Shown: positions 38,538 through 48,949 of the stretch, piece after piece
How positions within the stretch are numbered: position 1 is the first letter of the stretch
Layout of the letters: each line of letters starts with the position of its first letter
Assembly: GCA_026396675.1 (NCBI GenBank)
Contig: JAPLWI010000013.1
Coordinates: 1,218 to 65,217 of the forward strand
Origin: Candidatus Kaiserbacteria bacterium
GTDB taxonomy: Bacteria > Patescibacteriota > Minisyncoccia > Phycocordibacterales > Phycocordibacteraceae
DNA length: 64,000 nucleotides
Direction: 5' to 3'
Position numbers and translations under genes: made by a program
Notes under the pieces: model-generated
Told to the model about the DNA's origin: nothing
What the model saw: only the letters and a program-made list of their open reading frames with translations
Database searches by the model: none

Positions 38538-39108
38538 TATGGCGCATAAACTCGAAGAAGAAATAAAACTTGCGGTGCAGGATATACCCGCGATGCTTTC
38601 AAAAATTCGTTCCGTTGCAAAATATGTGAGGATTGAGTATCTACGTGATGTCATTTATGGGGCGAGCGGAGAGAAAAAGAAGATTCGCTTACGAATTCAA
38701 GACAATTTCGAATTTCGTCTTGTAGATGCTACCTATAAATATCGTGTGGCGGTAGAGGAAGGCGTCAAAAAAGAAATAGAAGAGACCCTATATAAAGGCA
38801 ATTCTTGTGAGGACGCATTGAAAATCATTTCTTCGCAGGGACTTATAGAAGAAAATTCGTATGAAAAGACACGAGTTATTTTCGCTGGTCCACACGATAC
38901 TGAAATTACGCTGGATATCTATCCTTATGGCGCATGGGTGGAAATTGAGGGTGAATCATCCAAAATTCACGAAGTCGCGAAACAGCTCGGTTTCAGTCAA
39001 AAAGAGTACATTGAAACAGGGGCAGACGATCTTTATCTGGAATGGATTAAAAAACATAATCTTCCTGAAATGTGGGATGTGCGATTCGGCCTGAACGGTA
39101 ATAAATAA
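38530..39108 (+). CDS. CYTH-domain protein (class IV adenylyl cyclase / triphosphatase-like)
   Basis: N-terminal EEEIKL (ExExK) and alternating acidic beta-strand pattern typical of CYTH. Confidence 0.5.
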   Translation: MFDMAHKLEEEIKLAVQDIPAMLSKIRSVAKYVRIEYLRDVIYGASGEKKKIRLRIQDNFEFRLVDATYKYRVAVEEGVKKEIEETLYKGNSCEDALKIISSQGLIEENSYEKTRVIFAGPHDTEITLDIYPYGAWVEIEGESSKIHEVAKQLGFSQKEYIETGADDLYLEWIKKHNLPEMWDVRFGLNGNK

Positions 39109-39124
39109 TCGATACAGTTTTTTT

Positions 39125-39934
39125 GTGCTACTTATAATCGGTGGTATAATCCATTTTATGGACTTACAATTATTTATATCTAATGAATTGGCGATTCATT
39201 TTTATTATTCGAGAGATAGTGTTGAAGGAGACATCTTCCATGTAAAAAATCTGTGTTTAGTGTTTCCGGGATTGCCCAACACGATAGATAAGAGTTATTT
39301 CTCAGATAGAGTCAGTAGAGATACTGCATTTCTCTCCGTTTCTTACTACGGTACATGGATGAGTGGTGGAAATTTTAATCCACAAAGCGTAAAACAAACA
39401 ATTCAAGACGCCATTTCATTTGCAAAATCTAAAGAAGGCGTTAAAGCTTTTGACAATGAGAAAATGTGCTGGGAATATGAGAATCTGTTCGTGGTTGGGT
39501 ACAGCTTCGCTGGGAATTTTGTCCTTAACTCGGTTTTGGATAAAGACAGTATAACCTCTATTATACTATGTGCACCTTTGATTTATGTAGACAAACAAAT
39601 TGTCGAAACGGTGTTGGGGAATGACGCAAGTGATTTCTTTGACTCCAATATGTTTTTTCTACAGTTTTTACAGCGCGGTTATCCGTATGTTTTACGGGGT
39701 ATTGAAGATCATTCTTGGGCAAGCTATTTTGATGGATCATACGATCTAAGTAAAATATCGATTCCAGAAAATTATCCGCCAATTCATGTCATTCACGGAA
39801 CTGAAGATACTCAAGTGAATTTCAAATTTTCTGAGTATTTTAATAGTCAGTACCCAACAATCTCCACTCTTGAACTGCAGAAAGGAGTCGGGCATACAAA
39901 AGAGATGTTTCAAAGTAGACACCTACGTGTATGA
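39125..39934 (+). CDS. Alpha/beta-hydrolase fold protein
   Basis: GYSFAG nucleophile elbow (GxSxG), C-terminal His (GVGHT). Confidence 0.55.
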   Translation: MLLIIGGIIHFMDLQLFISNELAIHFYYSRDSVEGDIFHVKNLCLVFPGLPNTIDKSYFSDRVSRDTAFLSVSYYGTWMSGGNFNPQSVKQTIQDAISFAKSKEGVKAFDNEKMCWEYENLFVVGYSFAGNFVLNSVLDKDSITSIILCAPLIYVDKQIVETVLGNDASDFFDSNMFFLQFLQRGYPYVLRGIEDHSWASYFDGSYDLSKISIPENYPPIHVIHGTEDTQVNFKFSEYFNSQYPTISTLELQKGVGHTKEMFQSRHLRV

Positions 39935-40686
39935 GTAGAAAACTGGTTTGCATAACAGATTGTGTTGATGTTGCATATAACGAATTGCGCGGAGTGGTTT
40001 ATTCAGAATTACAAAAACTTGGCACGGTTTCTGACTTAATAATCGAACCAGTCGTTCCGGTCGAGGCCTTTTCTGTCATAAACGGCAATTTCATCCTACG
40101 CCTCATGGGAGAGGTATATCCTGATGGCACTGTTTTCTTAGTAATTTTAAACCCATTAAAAGAAAGACCTGCTCGCTTAGTTGGGAAAACAAAAAAGAAG
40201 GGGTTTTATTTTGTTGGGGCAAACACGGGTGTGTTTGATTGGTTCACTAAAGATTTCGGAATAGAAGAACTTTATGAATTGCACGATCCTGGATTCGTTC
40301 CATTTGGAGGGAAATATGTACATGCTCCTTCTGCGGTCAAGATAGCGTGTGGAGTAAATCTGGCGACTCTTGGCAAACCTTTTGATAAACAAAATCTATT
40401 GCAATTAGACGTGCAAGATGGCACTATCGTGCACATAGATAATTTCGGGCTGATAAAATTTACCGGTATCCTACCTGAATTAAAAGAGAACACTCAATTA
40501 AAGATTGATATCAACGGGCAGTTTATTTCAGCGGTCTATGCACAAAGAATGATGAGCAGGGAAACAGGCGAATGGGTCTTATATCCTGGCAGTTCTTTGG
40601 GGCTACCTGAGGTAGGAAAAGTAAGATGCAATGGAGCGGAAGAAATACGGGCACGTGTCGGAGAAGTTATTAAAATATCGATTTAA
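39931..40686 (+). CDS. SAM hydroxide adenosyltransferase (DUF62, fluorinase/chlorinase-like)
   Basis: VCITDCVD N-terminus, TIVHIDNFGLIKF C-terminal barrel motif, DPGFVPFGGKYVHAPS. Confidence 0.6.
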   Translation: MSRKLVCITDCVDVAYNELRGVVYSELQKLGTVSDLIIEPVVPVEAFSVINGNFILRLMGEVYPDGTVFLVILNPLKERPARLVGKTKKKGFYFVGANTGVFDWFTKDFGIEELYELHDPGFVPFGGKYVHAPSAVKIACGVNLATLGKPFDKQNLLQLDVQDGTIVHIDNFGLIKFTGILPELKENTQLKIDINGQFISAVYAQRMMSRETGEWVLYPGSSLGLPEVGKVRCNGAEEIRARVGEVIKISI

Positions 40687-40739
40687 AAATTGAAACGGCT
40701 TGTATCTTCTGCAGATACAAGCCGTGACAGCTTTGTTTC

Positions 40740-41876
40740 TCAAATTCCACTTCCGAACTTTTTAAGAAAGAATTCGGTACCGAATCCGCTGGTGATAAGG
40801 CGTTCTCTTTTGCTCTGTAGCAATTTCTTCGTCCAGTCACAAGATCCTCCACCGGCCAGCGAATATCTATCACCCGTGGTTTTCTGAGCAGTTATCTTGT
40901 AACAGATGCCTGAGTAATATCCTATACCCGAGCATCTTTCCAGATCAAAGTAGAAACGCACTTCCGGGTACTTATTCCTGAGTAAATCCACCATCTCCCT
41001 CTCCGCATTTTCCATCTCTCTGATGCAACTCTCAAGAGCTGGGTAGGTAATTGGTATGTCGCTTGCATGTGCAATTTCACTCGGAAGCTTAATTGAATAG
41101 GTTGTAAAGGGTTTAAAGGAACTGTCTTTTGTCCTTCGTACAACTTCATCTTGATCAATCTGACCTGTTGATATCAAATGTTTCAGAATTCTTATGTCTG
41201 AAATCGCCACTGAAACATTTTTAACATCAAAGCCGTGGTCGGATGACCATTTCAAGAATTCCAACCATGTGGCTATGTGCAGATATAGAGATGAAAGTTC
41301 AAACTTATTAAACCCAGCAACATCTCTTGCAGCTGATGCAAGTGCGAATGCCCTGAAATGTGAAGTCAGACCGCCTTGTTTTGGAATATCCTGGATCCTT
41401 AATAGGCGATGACTTGCCGCTAAGTGGGTCTCGTCGCTTTCTTTTGTTATCCGTGCAGTTTTTCTTCTGTGGGCACACTCAATTCCAAGAGCCATACCAG
41501 AATCGCCAAGAACCTCCACGTTTCTTATCGTTGAGAGAGAAACCTTCGGATCAAGCGCTGTGAGAGCGGCATTTGCTCCCAAAGTACTTACTGGCGCCAA
41601 TTCAACGGCTGAGAAGATTCGCGGTAATTTGTCATACAGCGCCCTGTCTAATTCGAGCAAATCTCTAGGATCCACTTCGGCAATTACACTAAGTCGATTG
41701 TTCTCATAATTTCGCATTATGTCAACAGGTGTAATTTTGCTGGCCTTTACCTCAAAGATATACAGAAGCAAAGTCTGTAATTCGCCCCAGCTAATTGCAT
41801 TTGAAGACAAAATCTCAACAACGTTTCCTAGTCCAAGTGACGCTAATAACTTATCTAATGCTGATTTCACACTCAT
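40740..41876 (-). CDS. Uncharacterised protein with class II aaRS-like motifs (HFRAF..., GGGSCDW...GFGTEFF)
   Basis: Motif-2/3-like strings only. Divergent from the SET/rSAM operon. Confidence 0.3.
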   Translation of the reverse strand: MSVKSALDKLLASLGLGNVVEILSSNAISWGELQTLLLYIFEVKASKITPVDIMRNYENNRLSVIAEVDPRDLLELDRALYDKLPRIFSAVELAPVSTLGANAALTALDPKVSLSTIRNVEVLGDSGMALGIECAHRRKTARITKESDETHLAASHRLLRIQDIPKQGGLTSHFRAFALASAARDVAGFNKFELSSLYLHIATWLEFLKWSSDHGFDVKNVSVAISDIRILKHLISTGQIDQDEVVRRTKDSSFKPFTTYSIKLPSEIAHASDIPITYPALESCIREMENAEREMVDLLRNKYPEVRFYFDLERCSGIGYYSGICYKITAQKTTGDRYSLAGGGSCDWTKKLLQSKRERLITSGFGTEFFLKKFGSGI

Positions 41877-42096
41877 AATTCACCTCGCTCCTCGGGATTT
41901 TTTAATCTCAATGTACAAATCTAATACAAGAGTGCCATAATTATCTTAAATGCGCAAGGTTTAAATAACATGAATTATTTGCTAATACTTTTATGCTAAA
42001 ATATACCAACATATATGCTCACCATTCTCGCTTCTGCCAAGCCAAGTCCGATCCATGGGGTAGGGCTTTTTGCCGATGAGTTTATTCTGGGGAAAT

Positions 42097-42693
42097 ATGA
42101 AAAATAAAAAGCTTGTCATAAAGCAGACCCGTAAGTACGGCAAGGGAGTTTTTGCCGGAGAAGATATTAAAAAAGGCAAAGTAGTTCGCGAACTTTCTGG
42201 AGAAAGAATGACAATTGACGATTTTATAAGAAAAGTGAATTCCGGAAAAGAAAATATCAATGATCCCTTACAGATAGGACGAAGAACTTACATAGATTAT
42301 GATGAGTTATCTCGCACCATAAACCATAGTTGCGATCCGAATTGCGGTATTAGAAAGGTAAAAGAACTTTTTGCGTTGAGAGATATAAAAAAGGGGGAGC
42401 AGATAACCTATGACTATTCTTCAATAATCGCGCCAACCGTGTGGCAAATGAAATGCAAATGCGGTTCGAAGAATTGTCGAAAAATTATAAAAGATGTCTT
42501 ATCCTTGCCGAAAAAACAACGTGAAAAATATCAAAAGCTCGGCGCATTTCAGACATATATGAAAGTATTGCTCAAGGAAGTTGATGCTGGCACTTACAAA
42601 ACGCCGAAATATGAGATTCGCTTGTTGGAGAGTTTAAACAAGAGATATGAAGGGGATACGAAAATAAATAAAAGGAGTAGATTGTCAAGTTGA
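42097..42693 (+). CDS. SET-domain protein (putative protein lysine methyltransferase)
   Basis: GKGVFAGEDIKKGKVV, NHSCDPNC, ITYDY, post-SET Cys cluster CKCGSKNC. Confidence 0.7.
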   Translation: MKNKKLVIKQTRKYGKGVFAGEDIKKGKVVRELSGERMTIDDFIRKVNSGKENINDPLQIGRRTYIDYDELSRTINHSCDPNCGIRKVKELFALRDIKKGEQITYDYSSIIAPTVWQMKCKCGSKNCRKIIKDVLSLPKKQREKYQKLGAFQTYMKVLLKEVDAGTYKTPKYEIRLLESLNKRYEGDTKINKRSRLSS

Positions 42694-42778
42694 CAGAATT
42701 TCGGAAACATATATCATATAAGTAGATGCTCTTTGACTGCTAAAGAGTAAAATCTCAAAAAAAGAAAGGAGATGTGTT

Positions 42779-43819
42779 ATGAACATTCCGAAAGTTGCTT
42801 GGCTCACGGTCAATAGGGCATGCAATTTGCGCTGTCAATGGTGCTACGGTACCTCGCTCGGTTTTGCCAGCGAATCCGAAATGGATTATGAAACCGCAAA
42901 GAATATCGTCCTATTGCTAAAGGATGTTGGCGTCGAATCAATCGTACTGATTGGTGGAGAGCCGACTCTCTGGAAAGATTTATTCAGGTTTAATGACTTT
43001 TGCAACAGTTTGCCGATCAAGACAAATATAGTAACGAACTGTTACAAATTTCATTCCGAACACTTCTGGCTTCAGTACCAACAACATCCCAATTCTCGCA
43101 TAGAACCTTCTTTGAAGGCGTTTGATGAGCGTAGCAGTTTGCTAATAACAAAAAGCAGAGAATTCGAAAAGGTAAGGGTAGGTATGCGACGCGCTGCTGG
43201 GGAATCTAAAACGATGATAAATGTTGTTTACTCCACTCTTATCGAGGGTAATCTGCTGGAAATGGTGTCGGCGGCTGTTGATTTGGGCGCCTACTCAGTG
43301 CGAATTGGTGTTTGCAAGCCAATGTCCATCGGTGGCAAGTTCGCTGCACCATTTACCGTTCCATTCGGTAGAATGGCTTCAGAAATAACGAGCAACTATG
43401 CGAAAATGGTTGATATTACAAAAGGAAGATTGTCGTTCGCGTTAAGTACACCGTTCTGTGTGTGGCCGGCTGACTTCATTCAAGACGGTATTGCACACAA
43501 GAGAATTGGTGTCGGGGGATGCCAATTCCAAAAACATTCAGGTGTAGTTTTTGACACAGACGGCACAGTGGTCTTGTGCAACACAATGTTTGAATGTCCC
43601 GTTGGTAAATACGGCGTTGATTTTAACGACAGCTTGTCATTTCTCGCCATGATAAACGGCGAGAAAGTCAACAGTATTTACAGACACATTAGCTCTTATC
43701 CATCAGAAGAATGCATTGGTTGCGATTTTTTCCAAGAATGCCAAGGGGGTTGCCCAATAATGTGGACAGTGTATAATCCAAATGGAATCGTTCATTCCAT
43801 AAAAAAAGGAGGTGAGTAA
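42779..43819 (+). CDS. Radical SAM enzyme with C-terminal SPASM/twitch domain (peptide maturase)
   Basis: CNLRCQWCY (CxxxCxxC), LIGGEPTL, C-terminal Cys cluster CIGCDFFQECQGGCP. Confidence 0.8.
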   Translation: MNIPKVAWLTVNRACNLRCQWCYGTSLGFASESEMDYETAKNIVLLLKDVGVESIVLIGGEPTLWKDLFRFNDFCNSLPIKTNIVTNCYKFHSEHFWLQYQQHPNSRIEPSLKAFDERSSLLITKSREFEKVRVGMRRAAGESKTMINVVYSTLIEGNLLEMVSAAVDLGAYSVRIGVCKPMSIGGKFAAPFTVPFGRMASEITSNYAKMVDITKGRLSFALSTPFCVWPADFIQDGIAHKRIGVGGCQFQKHSGVVFDTDGTVVLCNTMFECPVGKYGVDFNDSLSFLAMINGEKVNSIYRHISSYPSEECIGCDFFQECQGGCPIMWTVYNPNGIVHSIKKGGE

Positions 43820-43820
43820 A

Positions 43821-43973
43821 ATGGACGCATTCTTAAAGCAGTTTCAGGTTTCTGGGATCGAATCCCCACAGTTCGTCCAGACCAGTTCAACTGGCAACAG
43901 TCAGACGAACTTTGAGACCGATGGTTGCGGCGGAGACGGTTGCGGCAATGGCTGCGATCCGGATCCGGGCTAG
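43821..43973 (+). CDS. 50-aa Cys-rich precursor peptide (MDAFLKQFQVSGIESPQFVQTSSTGNSQTNFETDGCGGDGCGNGCDPDPG); absent from the ORF track
   Basis: AAGGAGGTG Shine-Dalgarno 8 nt upstream. Starts 2 nt after the rSAM stop. Followed by a strong terminator. Confidence 0.6.
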   Translation: MDAFLKQFQVSGIESPQFVQTSSTGNSQTNFETDGCGGDGCGNGCDPDPG

Positions 43974-43984
43974 GCGGTCTCAGC

Positions 43985-44030
43985 ACAAAAGGTGCCACTA
44001 TTGTATTAGTGGCACCTTTACTTTTTCTGT
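43985..44030 (+). terminator. Rho-independent terminator after the precursor peptide gene
   Basis: AAAGGTGCCACTA-TTGTAT-TAGTGGCACCTTT followed by ACTTTTTCT. Confidence 0.75.
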
Positions 44031-44053
44031 AATCAAGACAATATTGTATATAT

Positions 44054-46087
44054 ATGAAAATGCCACGAACAAAAAAGGAAGATATTGTTGATGAAATACA
44101 TGGCATTCTCGTTTCCGATCCGTATCGCTGGTTGGAGAGTGGCGACGATGAAGATGTTAAGAAGTGGGTTGCCGAACAGAACCACTATACAGATTCATTT
44201 TTAAAAAACAAATATCAAAAGAAGTTCTCGGATGAACTTGTCAAGGATTTTAATGCCGTTGAGTTTTCTAATCTTCTTCCGGTCAAAGGGCGTTATTTCT
44301 TTACCGAGCGACGACTGGGTGAAGATCAAAAGGTTTTATATGTTAAAGACGGTCTAAATGGTATCCCAACAAAATTGGTTGACCCAAATGAACTGCACAA
44401 AGATCACTCGATCTCTCTTGATTATTGGAAACCTGGGTGGACAGGTAACTATGTCGCCTATGGTTTGTCCGAAGGTGGAGATGAGATGTCTACATTATAC
44501 ATAATAGATGTTGACAAAAAAGAAAATTTGCAAGAAAAAATCGTTAACTGCAGTTACCCATCTATTCAATGGCTGCCTGACGACTCGGGATTTTTCTATA
44601 CACGGAATCCGCGTTCTGGCACAGTTCCTAAAGGCGAAGATCGCCTTCATGTAAAAGTATATTTTCACGAGCTTGGGAGCAATCTTGATGACGACCCATT
44701 GATCTTCGGCGCTGGGCGACCAAAGGATGACAAAATAAACCTCACATCATCAATTGACGGGAGGTATGTCGCCATTCATGTTTCCAGCGGGTGGACTGAG
44801 AATGAGATATATATCTACGACAGAGAACAAGTCAAAGTTATGCCTATGATTGTTGGCATATCGGCAAAATTCAAACTTATATTTCTAAGCGACAAGGCAC
44901 TTCTCTTTACGAATTATAAGGCGAATAATTATAAGGTACTTTCAACCGGTCTTGAGAATTTGTTTAAGCCCGTTGATGAATGGAAGGAGTTCTTTCCAGA
45001 AAAAGAAAATCTTCTGGCAAGCGTGGTTGCCTCAGAAGATCGGGTTCTGCTTGAATATCAGGTGAATGCCTGCTCTGGAATAATCATGCTCGATTACTCC
45101 GGTAGAGAAATTGAGAAGGTGCCATTACCCGACTATTCGCATGTGACCGCTATCACCGCGTCGAGAACCGAGAAAGAATTCTTCTACAGTATAGTATCGT
45201 TCACTTCTCCGAGAATTACCTACCGTTTTAATCCTGAGAATCAAAAATTTGAAACATATAGAACAGCAGATAATCCGATAGACCCAGAACAGTACATAAC
45301 CAAACAAGAATGGTATGCGTCAAAAGACGGGACTAAGATTCCGATGTTTATCGTGCACAAAAAGAATGTGCTTCTGAATGGCACAAATCCAACCATACTT
45401 TACGGGTACGGAGGTTTTGGTTCGAGCGAGACCTCAGATTTCAATCGGGGTCTCGTGCCGTGGCTAGAGCGCGGTGGAATCTATGCTGTTGCCAATATCC
45501 GCGGAGGAGGTGAATTCGGCAAAGAGTGGCATAAAGGCGGAATAAAAGAGAATAAACAAAACAGTTTTGATGATTTTATCGCCGCTACTGAGTATCTCAT
45601 CAATCAGAAATATACGGATATCAATCATCTGGGCATTCTCGGGGCTAGTAATGGCGGCCTGCTTGTCTCGGCCGTCGCGGTGCAACGGCCTGATTTATTC
45701 AAGGCAGTTTGTGCCAGAGTACCGCTCACGGATATGGTTCGATTTCAGAAATTCGGCATGGCTGTCCGATGGGTACACGAATATGGAAATCCTGACATAA
45801 AAGAAGGTTTGGAGCGGATTTTAAAATGGAGCCCCTATCATAATGTGAAAGAAGGCGTGGAATATCCAAATATGCTGTTTATTACCGCGGACAAAGATAC
45901 GAGAGTGGATCCGATGCATTCCAGAAAAATAACAGCATTACTTCAGTCGGTGAATAAGGAGAACAAGATTTTGCTCTTTACTGAGACCGAAGCAGGTCAT
46001 GGGGCGGGAAAGCCAGTGTCAAAAATCATTGAATCGCAATCATTTGTTTTGACCTTTTTTGCCAGAGAACTTGATTTGAATGTCTGA
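44054..46087 (+). CDS. Prolyl oligopeptidase family (S9A) serine peptidase
   Basis: N-terminal beta-propeller, GASNGGLL (GxSxGG), catalytic Asp/His region (TADKDTRVDP, GHGAG). Confidence 0.85.
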   Translation: MKMPRTKKEDIVDEIHGILVSDPYRWLESGDDEDVKKWVAEQNHYTDSFLKNKYQKKFSDELVKDFNAVEFSNLLPVKGRYFFTERRLGEDQKVLYVKDGLNGIPTKLVDPNELHKDHSISLDYWKPGWTGNYVAYGLSEGGDEMSTLYIIDVDKKENLQEKIVNCSYPSIQWLPDDSGFFYTRNPRSGTVPKGEDRLHVKVYFHELGSNLDDDPLIFGAGRPKDDKINLTSSIDGRYVAIHVSSGWTENEIYIYDREQVKVMPMIVGISAKFKLIFLSDKALLFTNYKANNYKVLSTGLENLFKPVDEWKEFFPEKENLLASVVASEDRVLLEYQVNACSGIIMLDYSGREIEKVPLPDYSHVTAITASRTEKEFFYSIVSFTSPRITYRFNPENQKFETYRTADNPIDPEQYITKQEWYASKDGTKIPMFIVHKKNVLLNGTNPTILYGYGGFGSSETSDFNRGLVPWLERGGIYAVANIRGGGEFGKEWHKGGIKENKQNSFDDFIAATEYLINQKYTDINHLGILGASNGGLLVSAVAVQRPDLFKAVCARVPLTDMVRFQKFGMAVRWVHEYGNPDIKEGLERILKWSPYHNVKEGVEYPNMLFITADKDTRVDPMHSRKITALLQSVNKENKILLFTETEAGHGAGKPVSKIIESQSFVLTFFARELDLNV

Positions 46088-46122
46088 CGGTTTTTTTATG
46101 CTAGAATTATCGGCAACAACCT

Positions 46123-47718
46123 ATGGACCTAAACACTTGCTTTGCGACGATAGGTGATTTACGGAGTTTGGCGCTCTATGCTAATTTCGTTCCTGCGGCT
46201 GCCAGTATTATTCTTGGTGGTTTCGTAGTATGGAAGGCGAACAACAGACAAAAAGCCATCGCATTTGCGAGTTTCGTTGGGGTATTTTCTCTCTGGTTGA
46301 TCGCGAACGGAATTATCTGGACTTCCAATAATTACTATCTAGTAGCTGGGCTTTGGTCTCCGATCAGCTATTTCGAACTTCTTTTCTTCTTGCTTCTTTT
46401 CCGCTTCTTCTATCTCGATGTTTTCGATTCGATTCCGCGTTGGCTCAATATCCCTGTGACACTGGCTGCAGTGGGCTCTTTCGTTATTAATGTTCTCGGT
46501 CAATCAGTGTCTGGATTTGACTTGTCATGGTGCAATATGAATGACAGTGAACTTCTTGCTTCAAATAATTTATACATAGAAATCGCCATATTGCTCGTGG
46601 TACTTGGGCTTGGTATTTATAAATTCATTAAGTTAAAAGGGAACAAAAATGAGCGTGTGCGATTAAGCATCATCACGATTTCGATCGTACTCTTTATGGG
46701 CATTTTTTCGGGTTCGGAGTATATCGCAAATAATCTCGGTGGCAATTACACATATGAACTATACGCACTGTTCGCAATGCCGATCTTTATTTTGCTCATA
46801 ACCGTCGCTATTACGAGCTACGGTACTTTCCGGCTCGGGGACACAGTCGCAAAGGCGCTCTTCTACATCTTTATTGTATTTTCTGGCGCGCAGTTCTTCT
46901 TTGTTACAACAACAGCGAGCGTGATACTTATAACGGTCGCATTCCTCATAACCTTATGTTTCGGCGCTCTTCTCTTACAAAGTTATGAAAGAGAAACCCG
47001 TATTCGTGCAGAACTTGAAATCTCGAACAGAGGGCAGGAAAATCTTATTCACATCATTAATCATCAGATTAAGGGATACCTTGGCACAGCGAGAAATGTC
47101 TTCGCTGAATTGTTGGAAGGTACTGATTATGGCCAGATGCCAGAAGCGTCCAAACCGCTTTTGTCAAAAGGTCTTGAAGAGATGGCGGCAGGAGTTGATT
47201 ATGTTCAGGGAATATTGAAGGGAAGTAATGCCCATAGCGGCAAGTTGCCATACGATATGAAGCCAGTAGACCTGAAGTCAGTGGTTTCTGGTCTCGCAAT
47301 CAAACAAAAAGAAGTCGCAGAAAAAGCCGGATTGTCATTTGAGTCAAACATCACTGATGGCGAATACACTATTACCGGCGATGCCACAATGCTTGAAGAG
47401 GCATTTAAAAATCTCATTACGAATGCGATTAAATATAACAATCCGAATGGAAGCATAGCGGTTTCATTGTCACGCTCCGGTCAAAAGATTCTTTTTAGCG
47501 TGAAGGACACCGGAATGGGCATTTCAAAAGAGGATGAGCCGAAATTATTCAAGCCAGGCGGCGTAGGGAAGGACTCCATAAAATACAATGTTGAATCGTC
47601 CGGCTTCGGCCTCGCTTTCGTAAAGCCGGTTGTTGAAAAGCACCAAGGCAGGGTGTGGTTCAAATCAAACAGCCCAGAACAAGGTACGGCATTCTTCGTA
47701 GAGTTGCCGGTTAAATAG
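46123..47718 (+). CDS. Sensor histidine kinase with N-terminal multi-TM sensor domain
   Basis: H-box NHQIKGYLG, N-box LITNAIKYN, G-boxes DTGMGI / GFGLAFV. Confidence 0.8.
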   Translation: MDLNTCFATIGDLRSLALYANFVPAAASIILGGFVVWKANNRQKAIAFASFVGVFSLWLIANGIIWTSNNYYLVAGLWSPISYFELLFFLLLFRFFYLDVFDSIPRWLNIPVTLAAVGSFVINVLGQSVSGFDLSWCNMNDSELLASNNLYIEIAILLVVLGLGIYKFIKLKGNKNERVRLSIITISIVLFMGIFSGSEYIANNLGGNYTYELYALFAMPIFILLITVAITSYGTFRLGDTVAKALFYIFIVFSGAQFFFVTTTASVILITVAFLITLCFGALLLQSYERETRIRAELEISNRGQENLIHIINHQIKGYLGTARNVFAELLEGTDYGQMPEASKPLLSKGLEEMAAGVDYVQGILKGSNAHSGKLPYDMKPVDLKSVVSGLAIKQKEVAEKAGLSFESNITDGEYTITGDATMLEEAFKNLITNAIKYNNPNGSIAVSLSRSGQKILFSVKDTGMGISKEDEPKLFKPGGVGKDSIKYNVESSGFGLAFVKPVVEKHQGRVWFKSNSPEQGTAFFVELPVK

Positions 47719-47836
47719 TTCTCAACAGCGCAGTCATTGTAAGATTGGCGTGGCGCGGTAGCATATACTCTGGCTTCTAGTTCATTATTTTTGGTTTTTA
47801 GGCATAGTTTTCTCAAAATCACCAAGGGGGTGAAGG

Positions 47837-48037
47837 ATGAGAGCGATAGAAGAGTTGTACAAAGATGGATTTCGTCCCGCGTATTACATTGCAAATGAAA
47901 TTTGGGAAGCCCTTGAACTCGAAGAGATGGAGGATCTCACGATCGAGAATCTGGATTTAAAAATTTCCGAAAAGGATGCAAAAGGGGAAATAGCAATCTT
48001 TGAAGGCGAAGAACATGTTATATTTCTCGCAAGATAA
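47837..48037 (+). CDS. Small acidic hypothetical protein
   Basis: GGGGGTGA RBS. Followed by terminator AAACCCCGCAC..GTGCGGGGTTTATT. Confidence 0.5.
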   Translation: MRAIEELYKDGFRPAYYIANEIWEALELEEMEDLTIENLDLKISEKDAKGEIAIFEGEEHVIFLAR

Positions 48038-48085
48038 AACCCCGCACAATATACCGTGCGGGGTTTATTATGTAATTAAAATAAT

Positions 48086-48439
48086 TTACGCACGGCCGTA
48101 CTGGTCTTCAAGGCGTTTTTCATCTTCTTCATCAAAGTCGCCAAAAGATATTTCTAGAAAAGAGAGTCCTTCAGAATCGCTAAGTGCGCGGTGCGCTGTG
48201 CATCGCGGAATGAAAAAAGTATCGCCTTCGCGCACACTAATTTCTTTTTCTCCTACGTGAACGGTACCGGAACCCTTGATAACCCGCCCGAATTCATCGC
48301 GGTGTTCGTGGGTCTGCAAACTAAGCTCCTCGCCGGCATTGAGCGTTAAGATTTTTACCGTTGTCTGTTCGTTGAGTGTAAAGCGTTCAAAGTTTCCCCA
48401 AGGGCGTTCTACTTTTCCATAATTAGCGAGACCTTCCAT
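48086..48439 (-). CDS. Cupin-domain protein (mannose-6-phosphate isomerase type II-like)
   Basis: ERPWGNFE, LSLQTHEHRDE..GSGTV. Start chosen at the internal Met. Confidence 0.5.
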   Translation of the reverse strand: MEGLANYGKVERPWGNFERFTLNEQTTVKILTLNAGEELSLQTHEHRDEFGRVIKGSGTVHVGEKEISVREGDTFFIPRCTAHRALSDSEGLSFLEISFGDFDEEDEKRLEDQYGRA

Positions 48440-48463
48440 GCTATAAAGTATACAATACTTCTT

Positions 48464-48796
48464 ATGTCCATTGGCTTTCACCATATGCGTGCGCGGGCGC
48501 GTCTCACGAAAGGACTTGAACCGTTCCCGGCCATTGGCTCGTGGAAACGCTTTCTTGACTATCTTATGTACGGCGTCGGCATTATCGCGCCTATCGCGCT
48601 CGTGCCGCAAATTCTCCAGATTTATACGACTCGCAGTGCCGCTGGCGTCTCGCTCCTAACATGGATCCTTATCGCTATCTTCAACGCACTTTGGGCACTC
48701 TATGGCGCGGTGCATAAAGACAGACAGCTCTTTTTCGCAAACGCTTTTGTCGTTCTGTTTGACCTTATTATCGTCGTTGGGATTTTGATGTATTGA
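48464..48796 (+). CDS. PQ-loop/SemiSWEET-like small membrane protein
   Basis: Three TM helices, PQ motif (LVPQILQIY). Confidence 0.5.
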   Translation: MSIGFHHMRARARLTKGLEPFPAIGSWKRFLDYLMYGVGIIAPIALVPQILQIYTTRSAAGVSLLTWILIAIFNALWALYGAVHKDRQLFFANAFVVLFDLIIVVGILMY

Positions 48797-48949
48797 AAAG
48801 AGTAGGGAAATAGAGTACGCTCGAAAAGTGCGATAGAGGAATACAGACCAGCCGCGATAAACTTGTTTCTCGATGACTCGAAAAAGTTTTCCTCGGCTCG
48901 TTCGGATAACAAAAATGAATGCAGACATTCATTTTTGTTTCCTCACTTC

